NCBI RefSeq assembly: GCF_006345805.1
Contig: NC_043003.1
Coordinates: forward strand, 57,288,001 to 57,352,000
Reading direction: 5' to 3'
DNA: 64,000 nt
Source of the DNA: Octopus sinensis
Lineage: Eukaryota
Position 1 is the first letter of the stretch. Every line of letters starts with the position of its first letter. Both the position numbers and the translations under genes were made by a program. This document shows positions 39,798 through 53,388 of the stretch, in pieces. The notes under the pieces were generated by a model, which had not been told where the DNA came from, made no database searches, and worked only from the letters and a program-made list of their open reading frames with translations.

Positions 39798-40310
39798 AAA
39801 TGCCCTTATGCAGTATCAGGCAGTGGCTCTCGTGGCTACTGATCTTAACTGATTGGAAATGTTATCATGTACATTATTTTGTCTTGGTATAAAAGATGGG
39901 CTCCAGCAAACATTCTACAGCAAATATTGCAAATATTGCTTGTCTGTTGTTTGACCTTAACCAGTTGAGCATTCCCTTAGTGGCTGACGATATGTGTATC
40001 TCTGATCACAAGCAGAAGTAGTGGGGAAGCATCATAGCCGTGTTTTGAAAGGAATTCTTGGAGGTTTGGATAATTCACCTTTGGAAACATGGGTGGTTCG
40101 TTCAACATCCTTAAACAATCCTTATTCGGGGACCTTTTGAGCGGAATGGGCTACTTGACTTGAAGAAAATTCTAACTGGGCCCCACCTGCAAGGTCATGT
40201 GCTGTTTATCTTGATATGAGATCACCATGCTGCGTACATGTGGTTGTGAGGCATGTACTAGGTTTACTCTTATCAGACGGGTAGTCATGATGGGTATATT
40301 GGGCTACAAG
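39798..40310 (+). mobile_element. Family T repeat, begins directly after (AAC)n(AAT)n
   Basis: aaatgcccttatgcagta...cccttagtggctgacgatatgtg...ttctaactgggccccacc. Reverse-complement homolog of 13041-13558. Confidence 0.75.
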
Positions 40311-41477
40311 ATTATTTCAGTAACAAAAATGCCCACATGTAAACTGCTATTGTCATCAGAAAAGCTTAAGAAGCAACACGAAACTATAACTTACAAATTC
40401 TCTGTTTGATCAGCAAACCTGTTTTGTGTAGAAGAAAAACACTGCCAGAACTTAATTTCCTGAATTGAGTACAAATGGAATCTTTCTTCTCACTCTAACT
40501 ACTCAACCTATACCTACAAAACCTTACCATACCGTCTCAAAATATAGACACACGCACACATTCTCTTATTACTCTGCAGATGCTGTAGCATGGTTACTGC
40601 ATAGAAACATAGAAACATGTCTCCAAATTAAGAGACGTGAAAATTTATTACCAAATCCATTGTTTTCCTTCTAACCAACACAATAGAACATAAAATATAA
40701 CGAACCACTGCACTAGAGGACATTAAGTTAAACATATAATGACGACCGAAATATTAGGAGTTACACACGTAGGAGACATATTAAATGAATAAACAAGATA
40801 ATACAGCGTACAGTCATGGAGCTAACGTAGCAACTTCCTTTGGCTATAAGAAAGGACAAACGATATATTAAAGCCACCGTGGACTAAATCACTCCTACCT
40901 CAAAATCCAAATCTTTCAACAGTACTACCCATAATAGTCCACTACACATCACAGATTGACAGATAACACTCTTAATTGCCTAGATAACAAAACAAAAACA
41001 ATAATTAAAATTCACACTGATATATAAGAGGCATTTTTTTTTCTGCGTTAAGCTTCAGCCCGTAAAGTCGGTAACACTACATGCAAGACCCAGTCATATA
41101 TACATCATAGTATCTTAATAGCGCTGTCACATGCACTATTTTCAGATAGAACAAAGCAGGCACGTAGAAATAGTAGCGCACTCACCAATCTCATTAGCTT
41201 CAACCAAACAACAGATGCAGATAAAATGCAACTGATGCAATCCGAGCTAGTCACCACCAGAATATATGGACGTACAGAAAATCCAAATTGCTGCGTAGAG
41301 AGAATGGAGCACGACGTGCTGTACCCATTACCGTTAAGTGACTGCATTCCGGAATAGACAGTGTGATGCTTAGCCATGCAGAAACACTTAATTCCTGGAA
41401 ATATAGATCTGTAAATCATGTCATGATCTTCGACCAACTACATGCGTGTTATAGGATCGGGGCTATTCAGGTACTAT

Positions 41478-41762
41478 GTTTGTTCCTTCTTGTGCCACGC
41501 TTGGCTCATAGGGCCGATTTCCCAGTTTCCTTGACGTATAGGTTCCCCACCTGGACGGGACGCCGGTCCGTCGCAAGTGAGCTGCAAGATGCAGGAGGAA
41601 GGAGTGAGAGAAAGTTGTGGCGAAAGAGTCAGCAGAAGTTCGCCATTACCTTCTGCCGGAGCCGCGTGGAGCTTAGGTGTTTCGCTCATAAACACACACA
41701 TCGCCCGGTCTGAGATTCGACCGTGAGTCCGCTGCTCTAAACACTAGGCCATGCGCCTCCAC
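41478..41762 (-). mobile_element. Chimeric tRNA SINE with 10-bp TSD
   Basis: TSD caggtactat at 41468-41477 and 41766-41775. Head and centre resemble 31482-31841; the 3' part resembles 20732-20975. Confidence 0.85.
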
Positions 41763-42329
41763 TACCAGGTACTATAACGATACTAAAATAGAAAATGTAA
41801 TTTTATATGAAACGTAGAAATAAGGAACCCCAGTTCAAAACAATGGAATTTCATGTGATTGTCAGTGTGTGTGCGTGTGATAAGCTCAGCCAAAAATTTG
41901 GAGTTCAAACCCCACTGAAGGTGACATTTACATAACAACACAAGGACACCTAGGAGTCATTAAGTAGATGTATCCGTTTCCCTTACAGTGTCAGGAATTA
42001 ACGGGCAGAAACATTTGTTTGACAGTTTTGCCTCTGAGGGTTTCTGTTATCCGTTCGACCCGTATCGAGTTTCCGCACATAAATAATAACCTATCGGTTG
42101 TTGTTGTTTATCAACAAGTAGGGCATGATCAAAGATACTTATAAATCTCATCCTTTCCATGGCCATCTGTTTCTATTTTAAGTATAGCGTACATTAATCA
42201 ACACTAAACACTGTGTCCTTCTTTTCAAAGACTGTAAGTTGTTAACTGAGGAAGAGTTGGCTGTTATTGTTATCTACACACACATACTTACATGTAAATA
42301 TATTATCCTCTCAACTGTAGATGCAAAGT

Positions 42330-42820
42330 CTAAAATTCGAGAGCAAGGGCTACACGGTTACATCGACCCCAGTATTTTACTGGTATTTGCTTCATTGATC
42401 CCGAAAGGATGAAATAGCGAAGGCGACATCGCTAGATTTGAACATGGAACGTAAAAATGGACAAAATGCCGCTAAGCATTTTGTACTGCCTGCTAAGGAT
42501 TCTTATTTCTTTATTGCCCATTTCTTTACCGAACGTAACGGCAGACGAAATACCTATTTCTTTACTGCCCACAAGGGGTTAAACACAGAGACGACAAACT
42601 AGGACAGACAAACAGATTAAGTCGATTATATCGACCCCAGTGGGTAACTGGTACTTATTTAATCGACCCCGAAAGGATGAAAGGCAAGTCGACTTCGGCG
42701 GAATTTGAACTTAGAACGTAGCGGCAGACGAAATACCGCAAAGCATTTCGCCCGGCATGCTAACGCTTCTGCCAGCTCGCCGCCTACAGCCTGCTAAGGA
42801 TTCTGCCCGTTCGCCGCCTT
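42330..42820 (-). mobile_element. Nested SINE family B copies (young inside old)
   Basis: Young copy ~42555-42785 lies within an older copy. gcctgctaaggattct is duplicated at ~42488 and ~42789. Confidence 0.75.
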
Positions 42821-44444
42821 TACACATGAATACATGTTACGATTCTTGTCTGTATATATATTTTGTGATATCCTATGCATATATAAATACGGAACTATTA
42901 ATGTGTATGCGTGCACGTACGTAATTCTGGGTATGAGTAATAGATTCCGACATTACACCATGGTAAACATAAACATATATAACATTGGAACCGGCATTGG
43001 AATACGCAGACATACGTATGTATGTGTATTGATAAGTATACAGACAGACAGACAGACAGAGTGCGAGAGAGACAGACAGACTGATAGATAGATAGACGGA
43101 TGGACTGCATAGACATGTATATATATATATATATATTGGATTGCACCTTATACATACACACACACACACATACGCACACATATATATATGTGTGTGTGTG
43201 TATGTATGCATGTATGTATGTATATATATATTCTTATATATACATATAACTATATATATGTATATATACATATACATTTATATATACATATATACGTATA
43301 TATATATATGTATATATATATATACTTTATTATATATATATATGTATTTATATATATATATAAGCATGTACGTATTTATCTATGTGGGTATGTATGTTTT
43401 GAATGTATATATGCACCCATATAGTTTTTACTTTATGCATACTATACTTCACATCGCGTATAACTGTAATAGGTATGCGTACGTGAGTACGAAGTAAATG
43501 TGAGATGAATGTCTTTATGTTTGCGCTTCAACTCGTGTGTGCATGTATGTGTGTGTGCGCGTGTAACTATGTGCGGGTGCCGTTTTGTGTGCATGTGTGT
43601 ATGTATATACGTGTGTGTGTGTGTGTATGTATGTGACTGGACAGAGCGAAGGAAGTAATGCAGCGTATATATATACACATGGAACGTAAATATTTCAGTG
43701 GCGCTATCTCTCGGCCCTAACAACACATCAAGGAAAGACATTTTGGTTTACTGTAGTCGTAAAGCTTTCAACAACATCTAATCTAGGCTTTACGACTTTG
43801 ACACTGTAATGGAAGGAGATTGAGAGGCGGTGCGCCGAAGAAAATGGAGCGCCGGTATGCGTACGTTAATGGGTGTATATGTAAGTATCAATATATGTAT
43901 GTGTCTCTGTGTGCTTATGTATGTATGTATGTATATGTGTTTCTGTGTGTGTGAGTGTGGGTGGGGGTGAATATGTGCGGAGGTATATGTGAATAGATTT
44001 TCTTAGAATGAAATCCGATTTAATACTGTAAACTCATTTAATGACAATGATGATGATGATGATGATGACGATGGTGATGGTGATGATGATTATGGTGGTG
44101 GTGGTGGTGGTGGTGGCACTGGTGATGATGATGATGGGGATGATGATGACGACGATGATGACGACGATGATGAGGATGATGACTATTTGGCTGCTACTAC
44201 TGCTAATAATAATAATCATAATGATTTCAAATTTTGACACAAGGCCAGCAATCTTGGGGATAGGGGTAAGACGATTTCATCGACCCCGTATTCAAATGGT
44301 TCTTATTTTATCAACCCAGAAAGGATGCCTCGGAGGAATTTGAACTCAGAACGTAAAGACGGACGAAATGCTGCAAAGTATTTTCCCGGCATGTTACTGA
44401 TTATGCGAATAACAACAACAACAACAACAATGCTAATAATAATA

Positions 44445-44869
44445 AATATACTAAAAGAACAGAAATTATCTGACTGGCAGGAGAAGGCATTCCATGGTAG
44501 ATTCCCAAAGATAGTTGCAGCAAATAGTAGTAGTGAGATGTGGTTATGGTTGCAGAAAGGAAAGTTGAATAGGAAGACAGAAAGTTTGTTAGTAGCTGCA
44601 TAAGATCAAGCATTAAGGACTAATTGGATAAAACCCAAGATTGACAAAGACCAAAAAACATGTAGATTGTGCTAATCAATATAGAAGAAAGCGTTACTCA
44701 TGCCGTAAGTGAATATAGCATGCTAGCAGAGAAAGAATAAAAGAAAAGATATGAGAGTATACTGATAAATGGTATGATGAATCTAGTAAAGTATTAGAAA
44801 GTAAGAAATACAAGATGTGGGTCTTTATCATACAGACTGACAGAACAATAGAAGCTAGAAGGCCTGATT

Positions 44870-44907
<38 letters not shown>

Positions 44908-44924
44908 TTGTAGTAGTAGTTGTT

Positions 44925-44991
<67 letters not shown>

Positions 44992-45380
44992 AGAATAGAA
45001 AGTGCCAGGTAATTGACTTTACAGTCCCAAATGGGGAAAAAGCTAATATGAGTCAATAAAAAGTTAATATAGAAGGACCTAGCTATTGAATTACAGAGAC
45101 TATTGAAAGTGGGGAGAAAATGTACCCCAGTAGTTATAGGTGCATTAGGAACTGTCCCTAAAAATCTGAACACAGAGAAAATAAGCATAAAACCCAGTTT
45201 AGTACAGCTGCAGAAAACAGTATTATTAGGGGCAGCTAAGATACTTAGGAGGGTTCTTGGCAGTTAAGTTTACTTGCTGTAACCCATTAGGGGGGTTCTT
45301 GGCATCTAAAGCAGCTTGTAGCGCGATGTTACGATTCTTTTCTTTTCCAACAGTCTAATATGTTGAGTGTGTATCAAAAT
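44445..45380 (+). mobile_element. R4/Dong-like LINE 3' third, between (AAT)n tracts
   Basis: WQEKAFHGRF...KTESLLVAA*DQALRTN...CRLC, QTDRTIEARRPDLVVV, PVVIGALGTVPKNL and LQKTVLLGAAKILRRVLGS*. An AAT tail starts at ~45379. Confidence 0.85.
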
Positions 45381-45394
45381 AATAATAATAATCC

Positions 45395-45604
45395 TTCCTA
45401 CTATAGGCACAAGGCCTGAAATTTGGGGGCAGGACTAGTCGATCACATGGACCCCAGTGTTTTATTGTTACTTATTTATCGAACCGAAAATGATGAAAGA
45501 CAGAGACAGTCGCCTCGGCGAAATTTGAATGCGTAATATAAAAACGGACGAAATACGGCTAAACATTTTGCTCGGGGTGCTAACGATTTGGCTACCTCAC
45601 CGCT

Positions 45605-45605
<1 letters not shown>
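45395..45605 (-). mobile_element. SINE family B, degenerate (further remnants at ~18765-18948 and ~44225-44400)
   Basis: ggcacaaggcctgaaattt...ccccagtg...tacttatttatcga..cgaaa...ctcggcgaaatttgaa. Confidence 0.65.
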
Positions 45606-45655
<50 letters not shown>

Positions 45656-45813
45656 GTAATAATGATGATGATGATGATGATGATAATATAATAATGGAAA
45701 GTATTATGTGTCTCAGGCCTTTGTTGTGACTTGACAGATGACTAAAGACTCCAGTGCATATTTACCTACACTGTGTTGCGAAGGATTAATAATACTACTA
45801 CTACTAATAATAA

Positions 45814-45893
<80 letters not shown>

Positions 45894-46720
45894 ACACATT
45901 TTAAATACAGTATCCATGACTCAATACATATCGGCACTCAATTTGTTTTGAGAAGCACTCAATACATATCATCGAAGTAATGTTTATCAAATATATGTAT
46001 ATGAATAGTAATGTATATCAAATATCATCCTAACATGTTCTGTGTGAAATTTAGGGAAAATATATTCAGTTTCTTTTAGAATGCGTAATCTTTAAAAGGT
46101 AGTAGTAATTAGTCATTTCCCCTTAAAAGTCAATGAAGTCTGAAAAATTTGTGTGAAAACAAAAATACAATTAAAAAAATACAAAATAGAGCAAAATAAA
46201 TGTGAAGAAAAAGCGTAGCAGAGATTAATAGCAAGAAAGGAAATACTGTAAAAAATAAATAGATCAGAAAAAGGTGTTAGGAAGTAGAAGAAATGAAGAA
46301 AAAGAACAAAAACGAAGACTTACGAAAATTTTCCGAAATTTTCTGATATAATATTCAAATATAGATCATGATTATATAGGTTTTTAAGGAGAGATGAGTT
46401 TCTTTTTTCTCCGCTGGGCACAGATCACATCTTACTTTTCTATTCTTCAGCAGTTTCGATTTTCCAATCATGTTCCATTTGATGTTGTAATTGGAAGATT
46501 TATTCTGTTAATAGCCAGATGTGTTCAGTTAATGTTGCTCCATTTCTTTTTTTGAATAATCTAAAGCAGAAATTATGGCTATAAAAATTTTTGCTTCAGT
46601 CATGTCAAGGAATTGTTTACGTGTTACGTGAGAGTCTAGACTCGCAGATTTACGACTGCCTCTTAAATGATAGCTCTGTTATGTAATATCTCTCTATCTC
46701 TCTAACTATCTATCTATGTA

Positions 46721-46773
<53 letters not shown>

Positions 46774-46908
46774 TATAATATATATATTATATATATATAT
46801 ATTGATTTATTTATTTATTTATTTATCTATGTATGTATGTGTGTGTGAAGACGGTTGAGAAGGAAAAAAGTCAAGGTAGAAAATGATAAAATAACTTTAT
46901 AAAAAACA

Positions 46909-46950
46909 TTTCAGTACCGGTTTTATTCATTGAGACTTTTTCAACTGTAA
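46909..46950 (-). ncRNA. Second, decayed copy of the U3-A8 hammerhead
   Basis: Minus strand reads ttacag-TTGAAAA-agtctcaatgaat-AAAA-ccgg-TA-ctgaaa. Flanks 46860-47000 are homologous to ~7700-7855. Confidence 0.5.
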
Positions 46951-47081
46951 GTATGGAAAACAATTAAATTTTGGAAAAATTGAAAGAAAAGTTTTTTAAA
47001 ACAATATTTGCATAGTATCCAACTACAAGGAAAATTTCCCTTGTATTTGAATACAATGCAAATATTCTTTTCAAAAACTTT

Positions 47082-47617
47082 TCTTTCTAGCACAAGGCTT
47101 TCCTATGATGGAAGCCTCTTAATGTGTTTTAATGTACACGATATTTTTATGTGAATAATATATAGTCTATTGACTAATTTTTTGTGCTAGGCCACTGGTA
47201 ATAATAATTTCTATAATTCTTATTACCCTAATATTATTTATTATGTTTAAATATTTTTTGATAAATTTGTTCGAAGTTTTACCGGTATCCTCTCTGTCGC
47301 AGGAAATATACTGCATCTGCGAAGTGGATTTGAAAAGTTAGAATATACAGGCGGTGAGTTTACATGCGGATCTCGTTGTGTGTATATTTAAATCTGAAGG
47401 CTACCTACTGATGAAGACTAGCCTCAATAAATATTTTTTTACTGAAATTAGTCAGAAACCATGGTCTAGGAACTAAATTATATGGTAAATGTTTTTAATT
47501 TTCATTCCTTTCGAGAATTTATCCCTAATTAGTGGTTTGAGTTTTCTACTGCTCTTTCTAGCACAAGGCTTTCCTATGATGGAAGCCTCTTAATGAGTTT
47601 TAATGTACACGATATTT
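47082..47617 (+). mobile_element. 471-bp-period unit with 65-bp terminal direct repeats and an internal hammerhead (PLE pseudo-LTR / retrozyme-like)
   Basis: 47082-47146 matches 47553-47617 with one mismatch. No ORF. Ends next to (TA)n. Confidence 0.7.
47404..47470 (+). ncRNA. Type I hammerhead ribozyme
   Basis: ccta-CTGATGA-a-gacta...tagtc-a-GAAA-c-catg-g-TC-tagg. Stem I ccta/tagg, stem II gacta/tagtc, palindromic stem-III loop CATG, GUC site after 47466. Confidence 0.8.
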
Positions 47618-48252
47618 ATATTCATATATATATATATATATATATTGTGTATGTATGTGTGTTAGTCCGTGTGTGTCTCCGTGTGTGTGTGTGAGTATGT
47701 GTGTGAGTGTATGTGTATTTTCTTTTGTTGCCCACGCAACTAGCATCACAAAGTGGATGCAAAAGTAACACTGCAGCTATGCAGCAACTTTTTTTATTTT
47801 AAATTCTCTCAAACTTTTCTATTCTTCTCTCTTCAGACCTTAATCTGAAAAGAGGCTGTAAGGCCAAGCGCTTTATGGACGTGAAAGCCTGGGTAACCCC
47901 ATAGACCGGCCATAACTATCGTTATCTACATTTATATATATTATATATACATGTATATATACATATATATCATATATATACATGTATATATAAATATGCA
48001 CAAACACATAAATACATACATACAACCATTACATGTTTACAACAATTACTATGGATATCTCTCTAGTACTTATAGCCGTCTTCTTATCAGAAAGAAAATG
48101 TATCTCATATGATACTATATTTTGAATAAATACGTTATAAATACGTTAGAAAGCTTATAAAACGTGATTACACACACACCACACACACACACACACGACA
48201 CACATACATACACACACACACAAACACACACACACAAACAAACATACGCACA

Positions 48253-48285
<33 letters not shown>

Positions 48286-48701
48286 CAAATACATTCTTTC
48301 ACATTTGCGCATTTGATTCAAAGATAGAATATTGATGTCAAAAATGTATTTAATATGGAAAGAATCATATATACTCGGTTACAGAAATACCCCACAAAAA
48401 TACAGATATATATTAATATGCAGAAACACGTACATATTGAAAGATAAACGCAGGCACAAATCTGCGCCCACAGTTACAGTTATACATACATGCACTTGTT
48501 GACATAAGCACGTATATAGAAATAAGTTCGCATGCATACACAATGGCAAGACGGCCAAACTGAGAAAACGAAATCCGGTTTAAGTAAATCGTGGCCCACT
48601 AACTCTTTTGTCATGTGACTCTGCATTGCTTTCTCATAGTGTAACGCTTTCGCATTTGAATAAAGACTGTGATTATTTCAATAATAAATACATACACATT
48701 C

Positions 48702-48739
<38 letters not shown>

Positions 48740-48763
48740 TATATATATCGATATATATATACA

Positions 48764-48797
<34 letters not shown>

Positions 48798-49173
48798 TAC
48801 ATATATATATATATAATATATCTATGAGATATAATATATATATATATAACATATATATATATAGTATATATAATATATATATTATAGATAATATATAACC
48901 ATATATATTATATATATATATATAATATAATATATATATATATATATATATGCATGGCCATTTTTAAAGATGCGCGCAGGTGCTTGTGTCATTATTCAGG
49001 ATGAAGGTGGACTCGGTGGTGGTAACTATATATATAAATTTTAAAGACGTATAAACCTCTCTCTCTCTCTTTACACACAACACACACTTATACATGTACA
49101 TATATATATATATATATGTGTGTGGTGTATAGATATAGATATATATATTTATATTTATATATATATATATGCA

Positions 49174-49236
<63 letters not shown>

Positions 49237-49269
49237 GTGGGTGGGTGTGGGTGGGTGTACCGGACATGC

Positions 49270-49543
49270 CTTCAGTTAATCTACTTCGGAAAAGAGGATA
49301 CCATAAAACTCCCATACTTCTTTCCTTCAGGTGAAACTCTTATGGCATCCAACAGCACAAGGACCTGGGATTAATTATGGACAACATCATAAGCTGGGCC
49401 GCTCATATAAACAGCAAAGCTGACATGGCCCACAGAATGTGTTACTGGATTCTCAGAACTTTCCTGTGGAGAGTTATCCGCACCATTATCCTTCTCTTCT
49501 CCATTTTTGCCCGACCACATCTTGAATACTGTTGTCCACTGTG
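49270..49543 (+). mobile_element. CR1/L2-group LINE ORF2 fragment
   Basis: [19 protein letters not shown]...ILRTF...FARPHLEYCCPL*. Confidence 0.75.
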
Positions 49544-49890
49544 ATGTGGTCCGATGTGGGCCATGTGGTCCGATTCCTCATTTGAATGACTTCGTTAGAT
49601 ATGGCCGAAATCTATCAAAGTATATATATATCTATATTTAAATAGATATGAAGATATTATTGCTTTATAATATCAGTGGCTTAGCATGCTTAAAAAAACC
49701 CATAAAAGTAAAAACTACTAGTTAATATTTAGGGATGCTAACAGGTATCAGCGGCATGCTGACATAGAAGTCAAAATGACCAAACCACAAGTTTATACTT
49801 AAACACAAAGGTGAAAGCGGGCACATGAATAAAAACCCTAAGACCCCAGCACCAATAACGAAGATAATCTAAAATTGAAATGTCAGACAT

Positions 49891-49948
49891 ACACATATCA
49901 CTGTAATTTCGAACTTTGAGAAATACCCTTACTTCATCTTCAGCGTGT
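49891..49948 (-). ncRNA. Candidate type I hammerhead
   Basis: Minus strand reads acacg-CTGAAGA-t-gaa...ttc-GAAA-tta-cag-tga-TA-tgtgt. Stem I 5 bp, stem III 4 bp, AUA site. Lies in a ~330-bp island between (TA)n tracts. Confidence 0.5.
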
Positions 49949-50019
49949 CTTACTGAGCCCAGTGTTATAGAGCTTATATTTATATATAAATGTATATGTG
50001 AATATATAGATACGCATAT

Positions 50020-50063
<44 letters not shown>

Positions 50064-50619
50064 GCGTATATATATATACACACATACACACACACAAACG
50101 CACACATACACACACATATAGAGCAGATTTCTACTGGATAAAAATCAAATTTCTGGTCTTCATTTATGATTTATGCAACAACTTTGTATTGAAAACAGAT
50201 TATTTTTCGAACGTTTTTCGTTTTTTTTTCTTCTAAGTCCTATCCAACCCTTAACTGACCGACATTAATGAAGAGTCATTTGGAAACACTATCTGATGTA
50301 ACTCGGAGTTCTAGATGCTTAAAATAAAGTCCGATCTACCACACGATGTGTGACACATTCACCACATATTGTTTAGTTGCTCGCATACAATACCTTGTGT
50401 GTTATATCATACATGAAACTCTGAATAACACTATATTACATCAGCCTAGCTTATTCCGCATTAACGTTGAACTTTGTAAGAATAAGAGTTAAGCTCCAGT
50501 TGCAGAATACTTTATGTTCAACATCGATCTTTTTTATATAATTGTGGACTATCATGATATTTTTTCCTTCTAGAAAACTATATGCCTGCGTGTACGTTTG
50601 TGGTATGTGTGTTCATGTG

Positions 50620-50653
<34 letters not shown>

Positions 50654-50700
50654 GTATGTATGTATGCATATATGATATATGCAACTCTCTCTCTTTCTCT

Positions 50701-50738
<38 letters not shown>

Positions 50739-50896
50739 TTGTATACGCATATAAATATACATATTTGATTTTATACGTTTATGTACTTTTATGTTTGTAT
50801 ATATAAGTATATATATATGTGTGTGTGTGTGCGTATATCTTCATACATACATAAGCTTATCTGTATATTCACAGATACATCTATATATAAATATAC

Positions 50897-50931
<35 letters not shown>

Positions 50932-52259
50932 GCATTTCTCTAGTTGATGTCCATTTGGTGATGCTCGAAGAAATCTCCTGTACCATGATGTGAAAAGGTC
51001 TTCTATATATTAATTCAATTATATCATAACAGAAAGACAAGACTGGCAAAATCATCAAAACAACCACGGTTGAATGATTTCAGAAGTGAAGTCAGTTTCG
51101 GTAATTCGGCCATTCACTAAGTTCATGTAAATGAAGAAAATGATTTTGGCATTCTTCTTTCTTACAAGCACAAATCTGATTGTATTGGAAACATTGATAT
51201 AAAAAAAAATCATTAGCTTTGATCAGGTTTTCGCTTCTTCTGCTGAATAATCAATATTTATTGTTTAGTGGGCGAAACGGAAGAACGAACGACCGGGTAA
51301 ATATCTTGCATTATTTAGTTTTTCGCCATACCTCTATAGGTTGAACTTAAAATCCCGCTTGGGTTTTACTTTGCTTTTCGTCTCCCCAGGAGCAAGAGAT
51401 AATAAAAAAATATCTAGTATAGGTATGTGGTAAAGAAGTTGGACGCAGGTGTGGCGGCGTTGGCTTGTAACTGAAAGGGCGCATAGTTGTATGGTTAAAA
51501 GTCTGTTGCGGGCCATAGTTTTATGCTTAAGCGGTTTGAGCATGAATGGTTTTGTTGTCAAGAAGTAAAGCTCATAGATCGGATGTAGACAACCTTTTTC
51601 GAGAAGCGGGCTTCATGGTGCTTCGTGGGGCGGACTGCACAACTAAAAGTTTCCGAAGTAGTTCAAGATGTTTCATTAGGCATGTCATTGAGGAAATCTC
51701 GTGGGCCTCAGTATACTCATGACTGGTGTATGTGACGGCCTGGTTATAAAGATGGGGGCCGGTAGGGCTCTGTATTTAAGGATTTAGCTTCACAAGCACA
51801 AGGTTCCGGGTTCAAACTCAGAAAAGTGTTTTCTTCCTTAGTCCCCGGTCGATCAAAGCTTTGTGAGAAATATTTCATAAACGGAAACAGTGTAGAAACT
51901 CGTAGGAGAGGTTATTCTTGGGTGATGGAAGTTAATCCATCATCCGGTCTAACAACATACTCCGATGACTTTTATAGTGGTTATTCTGTTGTAAGCGTCG
52001 TTCCTAGTTTCCTATCCTGGTGATAACTTCACCGCTTCTGCCCATTCTTTCTCTGACAATATCCTAGCGATGCAATTCATTATCCTACGCTGCAACAATC
52101 AATGATTGTTTATTAAGTTAAGGACCATTTTGCATTTCTTATTATTCCACAGTCATTGAAAAAACTGTAATGGCCAAATACTGAAGTGGATGCAACCGGC
52201 TAACCTCCTTCCACAAAAACTGCTGACCTCGTGCATAAATCTGAAAACAATAGTATTAA

Positions 52260-52895
52260 TATTTTACTTCTTAGAGTTCTCGGTCTTACTTACTCTGGTT
52301 GATTCTGCTTGAACAGACAGCAACTTATTGTCAGAAGTCTCACAGCGTCTTTTCCCGCAAATTATAAGCTTTGGTACTTGGATCTTAACTTATCGTGAAA
52401 GGCACGCAACACCCAAGCACCATTCTCAAAATCCTTGTTGTTCCCAATAGAGCAGTTTTGAGGGCCCGCTCTGCCCTCATATCAATTCCAATTTCTCCAA
52501 CATACTTCTCGAACTTGGTTGTTAGTACTCCGAGTGCCCCTACAACTACAGGGATAACAGTTACTCACCCACTTACCCCCACATTCTTGCAATTTCGTCT
52601 TTTAGTAGTCTGTATTTCTCCCATCTTTTCCTCGCTTTGTCATCTACACGCGCATCCCCAGGGATGGTAATATCTATCATTGCAGTTTTATTTTTATTTT
52701 TTTCATCTACCACACCAATGTCTGGTCTCCGAGAATCGATTAGGGAGTTACATTGGATTGTAAAATCTCACAGGATTTTATATTCATTGTTCCCAATGAC
52801 GCCCTCTGGTTCATGTTCGTAACATTTCCGTGCTCTGCCCAGGCTGTAATTTTCAGTCTCCACTGAATCGTACTTTTTACACAGTTTTTATTGTC
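52260..52895 (-). mobile_element. R4/Dong-like RLE endonuclease domain and 3' UTR
   Basis: Minus strand: YEHEPEGVIGNNEYKIL*DFTIQCNSLIDSRRPDIGVVD...IDITIPGD...VIPVVVGALG...KTALLGTTRILRMVLG. Confidence 0.85.
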
Positions 52896-52899
52896 ATTG

Positions 52900-53388
52900 A
52901 AGAGAGAGCAGCACAAGTCATCAAACTGAAGCTGGGTTACAAATGTACGAAGCCCAATATACCTAACATAGCTACTCGTCTGATATGTGCACACCAGGTA
53001 CATGCATCATAATCATATGTGCACGATACAGTGACCTCTTATCAAAATAGGCAGCGCATGACCTTCAGGTGGGGCCCAGTTAGAATTCCCTTCAGGTCGA
53101 GAAGCCCATCCTTTTCAAAAGGTCATTGAATAAGTGATGTTTAAGAATGATGAACGAAATACCCATGTTTCCAGAGGTGAAAAAAAATGTCTCAAACACA
53201 TGGCTATGATGCTTCCCCACTACAGCTTGTGATCAGAGATGCATATATCATCAGCCACTAAGAGACATACTCAATTCGTTAAGATCAAGCAAATGACAAG
53301 CAAATTTACGGTTTTGAGCAGAATATTTACCATAGCCCACATTTGACACAAACATATGCATGATAATACTTCCACTCAGTTAAGATCA
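52900..53388 (-). mobile_element. Family T repeat, 5' truncated
   Basis: gtggggcccagttagaatt and atcagccactaag are shared with 13041-13558. Confidence 0.7.

Noticed and set aside
43696-43716. CTCF-like motif (ggccgagagatagcgccac on minus) and YY1-like AAGATGGCG at ~56657
   Set aside because: Short motifs are expected by chance, and there is no supporting promoter context.
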